This document shows, in pieces, positions 51,091 to 61,073 of a stretch of DNA of 64,000 nucleotides (position 1 is the stretch's first letter; every line of letters begins with the position of its first letter). Origin of the DNA: Balneolaceae bacterium (GTDB lineage Bacteria; Bacteroidota; Rhodothermia; Balneolales; Balneolaceae); NCBI GenBank assembly GCA_965601955.1, contig OZ271855.1, positions 2,675,553-2,739,552 on the forward strand. Direction: 5' to 3'. Below the pieces are notes generated by a model, which saw only the letters and a list, made by a program, of their open reading frames with translations, was not told the origin of the DNA and searched no databases. A program made the position numbers and the translations under genes.

Positions 51091-51816
51091 TTAGACTAAT
51101 TCCTTATTGGAAAGTGTGGGATTCTCCACTACAGTATCTGTTTCAATCAACCCATCGCGAAGCCTTACTATTCGCCGTGAATAATTAGCAATATCGTTTT
51201 CGTGCGTTACCAGGATAATGGTATTGCCCTGACGATAGAGTTCTTCAAACAGGATCATAATCTCATCTCCTGTTTTAGAATCCAGGTTACCGGTGGGCTC
51301 ATCCGCAAGAAGAATGGAAGGATTGTTAACCAGAGCCCGAGCAATAGCAACACGCTGGCGCTGACCACCGGAGAGCTCATTAGGTTTATGATCCATGCGA
51401 TCACCCAAACCTACTTTATCCAAAACTTCTGCTGCTTGTTCTTTTCTTTCGGAAGATTTCATCCCTGCATAGATAAGAGGTAATTCTACGTTAGCCAGGC
51501 AGCTTGTTCTAGGAAGCAGATTAAAGGTTTGAAATACGAATCCGATTTCCCGATTTCTAACCTCAGCCAATTCGGCGTCATCCATTTGGCTAACCTGGTT
51601 ACCATTCAATACATATTCACCTGAAGTAGGAGTATCCAGGCAACCGATCATATTCATTAAGGTGGACTTCCCTGAACCTGAAGGCCCCATAATGGCAATG
51701 TACTCGTTCCTATTCACATTGAATGAAACCCCATCTAGTGCCCTAACAAGGGTCTCCCCCATTTTATAGTGACGTTTCAGGTCGGTAATTTGGATTACTG
51801 CTTCTTTTTCGCTCAT
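51091..51816 (-). CDS. ABC transporter ATP-binding protein (MacB/LolD-type)
   Basis: [35 protein letters not shown]. Confidence 0.9.
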   Translation of the reverse strand: MSEKEAVIQITDLKRHYKMGETLVRALDGVSFNVNRNEYIAIMGPSGSGKSTLMNMIGCLDTPTSGEYVLNGNQVSQMDDAELAEVRNREIGFVFQTFNLLPRTSCLANVELPLIYAGMKSSERKEQAAEVLDKVGLGDRMDHKPNELSGGQRQRVAIARALVNNPSILLADEPTGNLDSKTGDEIMILFEELYRQGNTIILVTHENDIANYSRRIVRLRDGLIETDTVVENPTLSNKELV

Positions 51817-51833
51817 GATGCCCTTTTATTTAA

Positions 51834-53225
51834 TTAGTTACTGGATGGAGTACTGTTGGATACTTCTACTTTATCTCCATCACCTAAAGTTCTTGAAAGA
51901 GTACGATAGCTTCCGATTACAATTTCGTCTCCCACTTCCAACCCGGCGGTAATTTGAATATGGGTGTTGTCACTGATACCCGTCTCGACAGGAATTCGAG
52001 TTACTTCTCCTTCGGATACCATAAATACAACTTTTCTGAAATCTTCTTTTTGGATAATCAAATCGTCGTCATTGGTAGTAGCAGAAGCCATTTCAACCTG
52101 AGCTTCGTCGTCTGTTCCTTCAACACCTTCGACTTCCTCTGGTTTATCCTTAGCAAAATCACGTACTGTAACCGCCTGGATAGGAATAGAAACTACATTA
52201 ATTGCTGTTTCAGTTTCAACATCAACGGTAGCAGACATTCCTGGTTTAAAATTAGGAACAAAACCTTCCTCTGGGTTTTCAGGAAAATCGGTTCGTACCA
52301 GTTGCTCTCCGGTACTTCCGAGATTGTGAGGAGTAACGATTCGAACTTTAACTTGGTAGTTGGTTACCTGCTCATTAGAACCAGCACCCGTTATCCTCGC
52401 AGAGTTGGCAATTTCAGTTACCACACCATTGAACAAACGCTCAGGATAAGCATCCACTTCAATTCTGGCTGTATCGGCTACGGATACATTTACAATATCG
52501 TTTTCATTTACTTCAACAAGCACTTCCATACGATCTAGCAGGGAGACTCGCATCATCTCTGTTCCAGCCATTTGGGAGTTACCAAGTACTCGTTCTCCTT
52601 CTTCGACGGCTAATCCAGTAACGGTTCCATCTTGTGGAGCTCTAATCACTGTTTGCTCAAGCTCTTCTTGCGCCTGGCGTAACTGTGCTTCGGCACTTTC
52701 TACCTGGTATTCAGCTGCTTTTAGATTCGCTTTCTGAGAGTCCCAACTGGATTTGGTTTGAATGTAATCCATTTCAGAGATCACCTTCTTCTCAAATAAT
52801 TCTTTGTCACGCTCATGAGCGGCTTCCGCCTGGATCAGGCTTGCCTTGGTTTGCTCATGACGAGCCTTTTGAGTCAGAAGAGCAGCGTTCAGGTTGTCTA
52901 TTCTTGCCTGGTAGATATCTGGCTTGATACGCAATAGAAGGTCTCCTCTTCTAACGAAATCACCTTCTTTTACTGCCAGCTCAATAATCTCTCCTGATAC
53001 ATCAGGACGAATGATTACTTCAACCTCAGGCTGAATCTTACCAGAAGCAGAAACTACCTGTGTAATAGTCTTAAGTTTTGCTTGTGCAGTTTCTACAGAA
53101 GTTCCTTTTGCTTCACTTCCAAGAACTCCTGTTTGTTTTAATACAAAGCCGCCCACGAAAAGTACCAGTACAACTCCTAAAATCCAGTACAGGGTTTTCT
53201 TTGATGATTTTTTCTTTTTAGCCAT
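51834..53225 (-). CDS. efflux periplasmic adaptor (MacA/HlyD family)
   Basis: N-terminal anchor, lipoyl/coiled-coil hairpin region, and beta-barrel region typical of membrane fusion proteins. Confidence 0.8.
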   Translation of the reverse strand: MAKKKKSSKKTLYWILGVVLVLFVGGFVLKQTGVLGSEAKGTSVETAQAKLKTITQVVSASGKIQPEVEVIIRPDVSGEIIELAVKEGDFVRRGDLLLRIKPDIYQARIDNLNAALLTQKARHEQTKASLIQAEAAHERDKELFEKKVISEMDYIQTKSSWDSQKANLKAAEYQVESAEAQLRQAQEELEQTVIRAPQDGTVTGLAVEEGERVLGNSQMAGTEMMRVSLLDRMEVLVEVNENDIVNVSVADTARIEVDAYPERLFNGVVTEIANSARITGAGSNEQVTNYQVKVRIVTPHNLGSTGEQLVRTDFPENPEEGFVPNFKPGMSATVDVETETAINVVSIPIQAVTVRDFAKDKPEEVEGVEGTDDEAQVEMASATTNDDDLIIQKEDFRKVVFMVSEGEVTRIPVETGISDNTHIQITAGLEVGDEIVIGSYRTLSRTLGDGDKVEVSNSTPSSN

Positions 53226-53248
53226 GATTTACCCCTCAGTAACTAATG

Positions 53249-54619
53249 TTAAAATTCTACGGTTTCGCCACCAAGCTTTCCTAAATAGAAATCCAGAAGT
53301 TTCTCCTGGAAGATCAGGTTGTATAAAGCTTGTGTGTAATTTGATTGTGCGCTTACAAAATTAGCCTGTGCCTGGCTTAATTCGATTAAAGTACTTGCTC
53401 CAACATTGTAGCGCTCCTGTTGGGTTTCAAATGCTTTCTCAGAAGCAATTCTTGATTTTTCTGATGCCTCCAATTGCTTCACATATGAAGAGTAATCATT
53501 AAATGCCTGAGTAACTTCCTGGATTACCTGGAGCTTTGTATTGTCCAGTGCGAGTTCAGCATTCTTCAATTGAACCTGCTGTGACTGGATGTTATAAATT
53601 CTACTCCAGTTGTTGAAAATTGGAATATTAAGCGAAAGGCCGAGCGAACGGTTTATCTGTTGATCGAAGAACTGATCAGAAAAGTTCACCTTCTCTCCTG
53701 CTACAGCATATTGATCACTATATCGTGAAGAAATACCAGCGGTAGCTCTTAAAGTAGGTAGCAACGATCCTCTAGCGATTTGGAGCTGCAATTCTTGTGC
53801 ACTTATACTTGCCTCTTCACTCCGAATATCTGAACGGCCAGATAGTGCTTCGTTGATTAAACTTCTTAACGAATAAGAAGCTTGCCCTGCGCTTTCTCCA
53901 TCAATTTCAGGAACTACAAACTCATAATTACCTAGTGGGTCGATTTGTAATTGCCGAATTAGGGTAAGCCTGTTAAGGTTAAGGCTGTTCTCCTGTTGAG
54001 TTACAGATAACTCATCATTAGCAACTTGTGCTTCCTGGTTATACTGATCTACTGCTGGCCTGGAACCTACTTCAACCTGCGCAGTAACTTGTTCCAATTG
54101 AGTTCGGGAGGTTTCCAGGTTTTCCTCGGCAATTTCTAGAAGTTCGATCGAGAGTAATACCTGTAAATACCTGGTTGCTGCGTTAAAAATCACACTCTCG
54201 CGAGCCCTTATCAAACTCTCTTCCCTGGATAGTTTGGTAAGCTGGCTGGCTCGAAGGCTGTTAATATTCTCGAAACCCGAAAAAATGTCTATTCCTAAAT
54301 TCAAACTCCCCGAAAAGGATTGTGAGGTAAGATCTACAAAAGGATCTAATCCATCATTAAAACGCTCAAAAATGAACTGCTGACCCGTTGTCCTGGATCC
54401 ACTCAAACTTCCGTTCACTGATGGCAGGAAGTCCCCATATTCACTAGTAATGCTTTTTTCAGCTAAATCAAGGTTGTTTTCAGCCTGCTTAAGGAGGTAA
54501 TTATTCTCCAATGCTATTTCTATTGCGTCCTGAAGTGTTATGGTTTGTACTGCTTGCCCTAAAGTTGTTGCCGTAGTAATTAGTGTTATTAGAAGTGCTA
54601 GCGATAAGATTCGTTTCAT
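53249..54619 (-). CDS. tolC: TolC-family outer-membrane efflux protein
   Basis: Signal peptide and two internally repeated OEP-type helical/beta segments; 456 aa. Confidence 0.8.
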   Translation of the reverse strand: MKRILSLALLITLITTATTLGQAVQTITLQDAIEIALENNYLLKQAENNLDLAEKSITSEYGDFLPSVNGSLSGSRTTGQQFIFERFNDGLDPFVDLTSQSFSGSLNLGIDIFSGFENINSLRASQLTKLSREESLIRARESVIFNAATRYLQVLLSIELLEIAEENLETSRTQLEQVTAQVEVGSRPAVDQYNQEAQVANDELSVTQQENSLNLNRLTLIRQLQIDPLGNYEFVVPEIDGESAGQASYSLRSLINEALSGRSDIRSEEASISAQELQLQIARGSLLPTLRATAGISSRYSDQYAVAGEKVNFSDQFFDQQINRSLGLSLNIPIFNNWSRIYNIQSQQVQLKNAELALDNTKLQVIQEVTQAFNDYSSYVKQLEASEKSRIASEKAFETQQERYNVGASTLIELSQAQANFVSAQSNYTQALYNLIFQEKLLDFYLGKLGGETVEF

Positions 54620-54746
54620 ATCTAAAATATATCTTGGTTTAATTGCGGTGTGCTTGCACGTTAGACACTTAAAATAGTTACAGAATTTTCTTCGCCTGTT
54701 AAGTTTTATATCCTTTTACTTATTCAGACCCTATGAGAAGACGACT

Positions 54747-55082
54747 CTAATCCTCTTTCCGGTTTAAAAATTTTTCATCAACGTAGTCTAGCGCTGTATC
54801 AATCATTTTTTGAGTGAGCTTTTTTCTGATTGATTTACCTACTGACTGGGCAATTCCCTCTTTTGAAGATTTTCCTCCTCCCGAACCTAACAGATACCCT
54901 ACCAGAATAGAGACTCCTAATAACGGAAGAGGATGTCGCCTAACAATTTCTTTTGGAGTAAGGCTTTCTGCCACTTCTTCCCGGACTTCAGAGATAGACT
55001 GATCCAAATCATCCTGAATTCTAACCAGGTTCGCTTTCAGCTCTTCCTTCTTCTTAGTAATAGGATTGTTTGACTTACTCAT
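54747..55082 (-). CDS. small membrane-anchored protein (DUF883/YtxH-like helix plus a central TM)
   Basis: 111 aa. Charged helical N-terminus then RRHPLPLLGVSILVGYLLG. 4-nt overlap with the upstream gene. Confidence 0.6.
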   Translation of the reverse strand: MSKSNNPITKKKEELKANLVRIQDDLDQSISEVREEVAESLTPKEIVRRHPLPLLGVSILVGYLLGSGGGKSSKEGIAQSVGKSIRKKLTQKMIDTALDYVDEKFLNRKED

Positions 55083-55498
55083 TTCTTGAGCTCCTTCTTA
55101 TCTGCGCCTTCTGTTAATTGAGGAACCTGCTTTTCCTTTACATCTCCTTCTTCTATAGATTCTATGACTCCTGACATTAGTTGCCTTTGTATGGATTTAG
55201 CAATTCCGAAAGGCTTTGAAAGCGCAAAAATAACCCCAATAAGTAACAATGGCAGCGATACTACTAAAAAGCCTAGTGCATCATTTTCGAGCAGGTCACC
55301 CAGATAAAAAGCTAATGCAAAAGCAGCAAAAAAGAGACCGCACCCTAATATGGAGTAGCCTATGATTTTTTGAGTGGTGATACCTACCCAACCTGTGACC
55401 TGTTCTCCAACATTAAGAACAAGGAGGTTTATACGGGTTTCAAGATATTCTTTTAGTTCACCCGTGATCTGCTTTAATCTGGAGTTAAGCTGATCCAT
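55079..55498 (-). CDS. YqjE/DUF1469-like (phage-holin-family annotation class) 2-TM protein
   Basis: LETRINLLVLNVGEQ resembles the E. coli YqjE segment VETRLRLAVVELEEE. Two TM helices. The track start 55531 is TTG; the ATG is at 55498. Confidence 0.6.
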   Translation of the reverse strand: MDQLNSRLKQITGELKEYLETRINLLVLNVGEQVTGWVGITTQKIIGYSILGCGLFFAAFALAFYLGDLLENDALGFLVVSLPLLLIGVIFALSKPFGIAKSIQRQLMSGVIESIEEGDVKEKQVPQLTEGADKKELKK

Positions 55499-55502
55499 AC
55501 TG

Positions 55503-55715
55503 CTAATCGTCGGAACTGAAGATTTTTCCAATAAGAAATCCGACTGCTACTCCAACCGCTATGCTCAAAAGAGGTCGTTCTCGAATGGTCTCTTCTGCCT
55601 GATCTTTTAGTTCTCTTAACCGGATTTGGAGCTCTTCATCAGAAAGAATATCTCTTCCTTTTTCAATGGCGAGATCTAAACGTTCGTTTAAATTTTGAAT
55701 TATTTCTTCATTCAT
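55503..55715 (-). CDS. YqjD/ElaB-like (DUF883) tail-anchored protein
   Basis: 70 aa. Helical charged N-terminus and C-terminal anchor RERPLLSIAVGVAVGFLIGKIF, comparable to the YqjD segment RENPWTGVGIGAAIGVVLGVLL. Confidence 0.6.
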   Translation of the reverse strand: MNEEIIQNLNERLDLAIEKGRDILSDEELQIRLRELKDQAEETIRERPLLSIAVGVAVGFLIGKIFSSDD

Positions 55716-55784
55716 AAAAATGCCCTGCTAATTTCTTGCACTTAAATAATATACAAGAATCAAAAATTCGTTCCGCACTAATTA

Positions 55785-57008
55785 TTATTCGTAGCGTAAA
55801 CTCTCTATCGGATCTAGTTTGGAAGCTTTGAAAGCCGGATATACTCCAAAAAGTAATCCGATTATCGTCATACCAACAAAGCTACCTATCACTGACCAAA
55901 GTGGGACTACAGGCTCAGTGTCAATGAGTATCGCAACATAATTCCCTGCCAAAACCCCAAGAATCATCCCAATAATACCACCAATCTGGCATACGAAAAT
56001 AGCTTCCATCAAAAACTGGTTAACGATCACTTTTCGAGTAGCTCCAACTGATTTTCTCACTCCTATTTCCCTGGTTCGTTCGGTTACCGAAACGAGCATA
56101 ATATTCATAACACCGATACCAGCTCCAAGTAAAGTAATAAACCCAATTACGAAGCCAGCCGCATAGAGCACTCCTGTAAATGCGTCAAATGTACCCCCAA
56201 GGGAATCATTAGTAATAATTTCGAAGTCATTGTCATCAAGCGGGTTTACTCCACGGATTACCCGCATTATCCCGGTTACTTCTTCAATAGTATCATCCAG
56301 TTTGGCTATCTCCGGAGCTCTTAGCTGGATACCTATACCCCGGTCTCCGCCATAATTTTTGATCCCAGTTGTATAGGGAATAATCACAACGTTATCGAAG
56401 GAAGACCCAAAAATCTGTCCTTTTTTATCCAAAAGACCAACTACCAGATATGGTTTCCCATCAATCCTGACTGTTTTGCCAAGAGGATATTCGTTTTCAA
56501 ATAGCTCAACCTGAACATCTTTACCGAGTATGACTACGTTTCTCGCGTACTGTACATCTTCTTCATTGATATTCCTCCCGTCGCCAAGGGTAAAGGCATT
56601 GTTCTCAATAAATTCACTGTTACTTCCTCTAACCCGAACATCTGGATCTGTTTCTTCATCGCCATAAGTAATTCTTGTGAAGCTAAACGTGGTAGCCGGT
56701 GCTATACCCTCCGCAATTTGTGCCCGATCTTCTAAATCCTCAGCATCCTCAAACTTAATATTCTTCCTATTTCTCAGGCTCGGATCATTTGGCCCCATCT
56801 GAACGGCCGGATTTTTCTGCACGGTGATTACATCACTTCCTAGAATGCTCATTGTATTGGTGAAGAAATTGTCCAGTACGGCTACAGCTGTAGTAGATAC
56901 GATGACAGAAAACACTCCAATTACAAGTGCCAATAGTGTAAGAAAAGAGCGGATTTTATTTGCTCTAAGTGAGTCAGATGCTTGCTTAAAAACTTCAGAA
57001 AACTGCAT
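55785..57008 (-). CDS. ABC transporter permease (MacB/FtsX family)
   Basis: 407 aa. N-terminal TM, periplasmic MacB_PCD-like domain, and a C-terminal FtsX 3-TM bundle ending ..DPIESLRYE. TAATG stop/start overlap with the upstream paralogue. Confidence 0.85.
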   Translation of the reverse strand: MQFSEVFKQASDSLRANKIRSFLTLLALVIGVFSVIVSTTAVAVLDNFFTNTMSILGSDVITVQKNPAVQMGPNDPSLRNRKNIKFEDAEDLEDRAQIAEGIAPATTFSFTRITYGDEETDPDVRVRGSNSEFIENNAFTLGDGRNINEEDVQYARNVVILGKDVQVELFENEYPLGKTVRIDGKPYLVVGLLDKKGQIFGSSFDNVVIIPYTTGIKNYGGDRGIGIQLRAPEIAKLDDTIEEVTGIMRVIRGVNPLDDNDFEIITNDSLGGTFDAFTGVLYAAGFVIGFITLLGAGIGVMNIMLVSVTERTREIGVRKSVGATRKVIVNQFLMEAIFVCQIGGIIGMILGVLAGNYVAILIDTEPVVPLWSVIGSFVGMTIIGLLFGVYPAFKASKLDPIESLRYE

Positions 57009-58234
57009 TATTCAAACCTCAAAGATTCAATTGGGTCGGATTTTGCTGCTTTATAAGCAGGGATAAATCCGAATAGAACTCCAACAAATGTACATATCAT
57101 AAACGCCACAAAAACAACCGACATATTCATGGTTGCTGTAAATACCTGATCTATGAAAACTGTGATTAGGCCGGCCAAAGCAACTCCGAACAACCCTCCC
57201 ATTATACAGATCATCACCGCTTCAATGAGGAACTGTGTCAGTATTTCCCATGACTTAGCCCCCACTGCTTTTCGAATTCCAATTTCCTTAGTTCGCTCCC
57301 TCACAGATACGAACATGATATTCATAATTCCGATACCACCGATCAGAAGAGAAAGCCCCACTAATAAGAAGCCTCCCATATATAGTCCACTTTTAAAGCT
57401 TGCGAGCTGCTCTTCAAAAGCCTGAGGTTTGTTGATCGCAAAATCATTGTCCTCCGCAGCATCGATATTCCGAACCCGGCGCATCAGCCCTTCTATCTCA
57501 TATTCTCCATCTATTGCACTTTGTTCATCAGGGAATTTCACTCCGATCTGAATTCCCCATCTTAAACCGTAAATAGTTCCATAGGCAGAAATTGGGATAA
57601 TCGCTCTATTGTCGGCATCTCCTAGGCCCAGGAAGCTCCCTTGTTTTTCGAGAATCCCAATAACTGTGAATTTCTGGCCACCCATCCGAATTTCTTTGCC
57701 GAGGGGATCTTCTTCTTCAAATAATCCTTCTAAGAGAGATTGACCTATAATGGCCACCTTTACTCCTGACCGGGCTTCTTCTTCAGTAAACATTCTGCCA
57801 CGTTCAATATTCAATCCCTGGATGTTCAAATAGTTTGCAGTGGCCCCATTTATACCCACCTGTTCTGCGCTTCTATCTTTATATCGTACAGATACATTTC
57901 TATTTGCTGATGCTGCCACATCACTGGCAAGGCGGCTATTCTCGTCAAGAAATTTAACGTAATCAAGCTGCATTTCTTTACGACCAGCGATTTCCCACCA
58001 TTCTAAATCTCCCCAGTCCCAGGGCCATTTTTCAACATATACCACATTACGGCCTAGCATCGCCATACTACTTTCAAAGTTTTCATCCATGCCTGTTGTT
58101 ACCGAATCAACAACAGTAACCATAGTTATCCCGATAATGATACAGAGTGCTGTTAGTACAGATCGGACTTTATTAATTGCAAGGGCCCGAAGAGCTACCC
58201 GAAGCCCTTCAAAAAAGCTATTTAAAAATCTCAT
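57008..58234 (-). CDS. ABC transporter permease (MacB/FtsX family), paralogue
   Basis: Same architecture, ending ..DPIESLRFE. The track ORF extends to 58345, but the ATG at 58234 (MRFLNSFFEGL) matches the paralogue's length. Confidence 0.85.
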   Translation of the reverse strand: MRFLNSFFEGLRVALRALAINKVRSVLTALCIIIGITMVTVVDSVTTGMDENFESSMAMLGRNVVYVEKWPWDWGDLEWWEIAGRKEMQLDYVKFLDENSRLASDVAASANRNVSVRYKDRSAEQVGINGATANYLNIQGLNIERGRMFTEEEARSGVKVAIIGQSLLEGLFEEEDPLGKEIRMGGQKFTVIGILEKQGSFLGLGDADNRAIIPISAYGTIYGLRWGIQIGVKFPDEQSAIDGEYEIEGLMRRVRNIDAAEDNDFAINKPQAFEEQLASFKSGLYMGGFLLVGLSLLIGGIGIMNIMFVSVRERTKEIGIRKAVGAKSWEILTQFLIEAVMICIMGGLFGVALAGLITVFIDQVFTATMNMSVVFVAFMICTFVGVLFGFIPAYKAAKSDPIESLRFE

Positions 58235-58380
58235 AGTGGAAAGAATGTTGAACAATGCGGAAACCGTACGAAATAAATTCACGTTCGTTTCATCGAATTC
58301 AAAATTAAAAGATATAAAAGAGTGAATACCGAAATTTAGGTTCATCTTTAAATCTTCTTACTTTCTCAGAAAAAATATTT

Positions 58381-59118
58381 ATGCACACTGATGTACTTGT
58401 ATTTGGGGCTCATCCCGATGATGTGGAATTGAATTGCGGGGGAGTGGTATCAAAACTTGTATCTGAAGGATACCGGGTGGGAATAATAGACCTTACGAAA
58501 GGAGAGATGGGAACCCGCGGCACATCTGAGACAAGAGCTCAGGAAGTCAAAAGCGCCTCTGTCATTCTGGGTGTTATCTACCGCTCTAACCTTGATTTAG
58601 GAGATTCTGTGATCGAGAACTCCCAGCAAAATCAACTGAGCATAATTAAAGAAGTTCGAAAGTGCAGGCCACAGCTGTGCATTATTGGAGCATCCTACGA
58701 CCGGCATCCGGACCATGGAAAAGCAACGCAATTATGTATCGATGCTTTATTCTACTCTGGTTTATCTAAGCTTGAAAGTGTAGATGATAGCGGAAGCCAA
58801 CAAGCTCCTTGGAGACCCAAACATATTATCCAGTATATGCAGGATCGACCTTTTGAACCTGATTTTATTATGGATATTTCTGCACACTGGGAGCAAAAAA
58901 AGAAAGCCATTCTTGCTTATGAAACTCAGTTTAATGTCTCAAATACTGAAGACGAACCTGAGACCTACATTTCTTCCACCAGGTACTTTAAACAAGTAGA
59001 ATCCAGAGCTCGCTATTTTGGGCATTTAGGTGGCTTCGAATTCGGAGAGCCATTTAAAGTGGTCAATGGCCCATTGGGTGTTCCTTCTTTTGAAGGTATT
59101 TTCCCAAAAGATTCTTAA
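58381..59118 (+). CDS. bshB1: PIG-L/LmbE family deacetylase, BshB1-like
   Basis: VFGAHPDDVELNCGG zinc-binding motif and HPDH; 245 aa. Confidence 0.7.
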   Translation: MHTDVLVFGAHPDDVELNCGGVVSKLVSEGYRVGIIDLTKGEMGTRGTSETRAQEVKSASVILGVIYRSNLDLGDSVIENSQQNQLSIIKEVRKCRPQLCIIGASYDRHPDHGKATQLCIDALFYSGLSKLESVDDSGSQQAPWRPKHIIQYMQDRPFEPDFIMDISAHWEQKKKAILAYETQFNVSNTEDEPETYISSTRYFKQVESRARYFGHLGGFEFGEPFKVVNGPLGVPSFEGIFPKDS

Positions 59119-60878
59119 ACGTTTTCTAGCTCTGTATTTCGGATAATCTCCAGTCCGTTATCAATAAGCTTTTTAACAGATTCGTCCTGTTTCAGATTTT
59201 TTAAATAGGCCAATAATGCATCCTGAATATCCAATTCATACTTAGAAGCGAGTTCATAAAGCTCCAGGGGAAGAAGCCAGTCATTAGGAAACTCAGCACT
59301 TACTCTTTCAAAAATCTCTTTTAATCTTTCTGAAGTAACCGATTCGTTTTCTCTTAACACCCTTACCTGATTGTAGTAGTCGAACAGAATTTTTTCTGAA
59401 TCAGAATAAATGATTTTATGAGTTTTAGTTTCGGATACTTTGCCTACATCCTCAAAGGAATTTACATCAGCTGGCCCTGCAAAAGCGGAAACCACCTCTT
59501 TGCCTATTGCCATATCATAAATTCCCCATTCGGGCTTAAAAAGTACCTGGTCCTGGTAGGTAACGGTACATTCATCAAATGTGATCAGTAAGATTTTGCC
59601 TCTGATATCTCTGGTTCCTGTAATTATTCTACCTTCTACCTTTACTCCACTCTCAAACTCCAGGGAAACCGTTTTACCCTCATAAATGCCATAAGCCTCC
59701 AAATCCCGCGGAGACATATTCTCTATGGGCAGATTAATTCCTTTTAAGCTCCCTACCGGGCTTCCAAAACCATCTTTATGATAAAAGGTCCCATGTTTTA
59801 TGAGTTCTTTATCTCTATTGGCTAATGCTGTTGAACCTGTTGTTTGCAGGTATGCTACCTCCCCTCTTTCATCTTTAATCACGTTGGTAAATGTCCCGGA
59901 AATCTGGATTCCAGTACTTAATTCAACCGTACCCAGGTTCTTAGAGTCAACTAACTTTTCTACCCCTTTATAGCCACCAGTTCTTAGTGCCATAGTATTT
60001 GCAAATTCTTCCAGTACCTGGCTTAGGAAAGCAAAATCCGGGGTTACAAAAAGCTGAGGTTGTGGTTTGGTGATATCAAAATTCTGAAACACAGCATCCA
60101 AAGAATAGGGTACTTTTTTGACCTCAGGTTGTAAACACCATTTGCTTTCTCCAATAGACGATAGCAGTCCCGCTCCATAAATCTTTGGATCGTCAAGGTT
60201 GCCTATTAGCCCATACTCTACCGTCCACCAGTGGAGATTCCTGATCATTGCCATTTCAGAAAGTTCACCCATATTTTCCTGTAGATGCTCTACCTGCTCC
60301 TGGGCTTTATCAATCTCTTCCTCCGAAGAATTTGGATCCTCCTTTAATATGGATAGTAAGCGAATGGCCTCATACATCTCATAATCTTTGGCAGATGAGA
60401 TCGCCTTACTCCCGATTTCCCCAAATCTACGCAGGTATTCAGCATATTCAGGATTAGCGATGATTGGGGCATGTCCTGCGGCTTCATGGATAATATCCGG
60501 AGCAGGGGTATATTCAATATGATCAATGGTTCTCATTTCTGAGGCGATAACCAGTACGTTGTATGCCTGAAATTCCATGAATGCATTAGGAGGAATAAAC
60601 CCATCTACCGATACTGCTGCCCATCCAATATCCTTGAGGATTCGGTTCATCCCTTCCATACGGGGGATGTAATCCACAAAAATTCCTGTTTTAGCCAAAC
60701 CATCTATATAAGAGCCATGTGCCACTTTACTTAGATAATCAACATTCATGCGCATTACATAACGCCATACCGCCTGATTTTGAAATGTGTACTCTTCATA
60801 AGGCTGCCGAACGATGAATTTATGTAGGTGTTTGGGAAGTTTGGAGGTAACTTCGTTTAATTCAAAATGAGCATCCAT
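59115..60878 (-). CDS. aromatic amino acid (phenylalanine-4-) hydroxylase-like protein with a C-terminal extension of ~290 aa
   Basis: Iron ligands in PAH-like contexts IIHEAAGHAPI (H131, H136) and WWTVEYGLI (E221). 587 aa in total. Confidence 0.7.
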   Translation of the reverse strand: MDAHFELNEVTSKLPKHLHKFIVRQPYEEYTFQNQAVWRYVMRMNVDYLSKVAHGSYIDGLAKTGIFVDYIPRMEGMNRILKDIGWAAVSVDGFIPPNAFMEFQAYNVLVIASEMRTIDHIEYTPAPDIIHEAAGHAPIIANPEYAEYLRRFGEIGSKAISSAKDYEMYEAIRLLSILKEDPNSSEEEIDKAQEQVEHLQENMGELSEMAMIRNLHWWTVEYGLIGNLDDPKIYGAGLLSSIGESKWCLQPEVKKVPYSLDAVFQNFDITKPQPQLFVTPDFAFLSQVLEEFANTMALRTGGYKGVEKLVDSKNLGTVELSTGIQISGTFTNVIKDERGEVAYLQTTGSTALANRDKELIKHGTFYHKDGFGSPVGSLKGINLPIENMSPRDLEAYGIYEGKTVSLEFESGVKVEGRIITGTRDIRGKILLITFDECTVTYQDQVLFKPEWGIYDMAIGKEVVSAFAGPADVNSFEDVGKVSETKTHKIIYSDSEKILFDYYNQVRVLRENESVTSERLKEIFERVSAEFPNDWLLPLELYELASKYELDIQDALLAYLKNLKQDESVKKLIDNGLEIIRNTELENV

Positions 60879-61073
60879 TGGCTATGTTTTACTGTAATTA
60901 GAGACGAAATTAAGATACTATTTTTTGGTAGCGCTTTTTTGTTAAAGTTTTGATGATGAATGATAGAATTAAAAAACTGATCATTGTCTAAAGCATTTCT
61001 GAAATACTTCACTTCTGGCTATTTTCGTTGAATGTTTTATTTAGTTGTTTAAAAAAAATCATCATAGATCATA

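Noticed and set aside
51954-52538. A long ORF antisense to macA. Many similar track ORFs are antisense or out of frame within real genes, for example 1120-1449, 4514-5032, 7424-7846, 8736-9044, 14988-15455, 34743-35063, 41856-42188, 46917-47255 and 57153-57425.
   Set aside because: Each lies fully inside a longer ORF on the opposite strand or in another frame that has clear family motifs. Their translations are low-complexity (Ser/Ile/Phe-rich) with no motifs. These are typical shadow ORFs.
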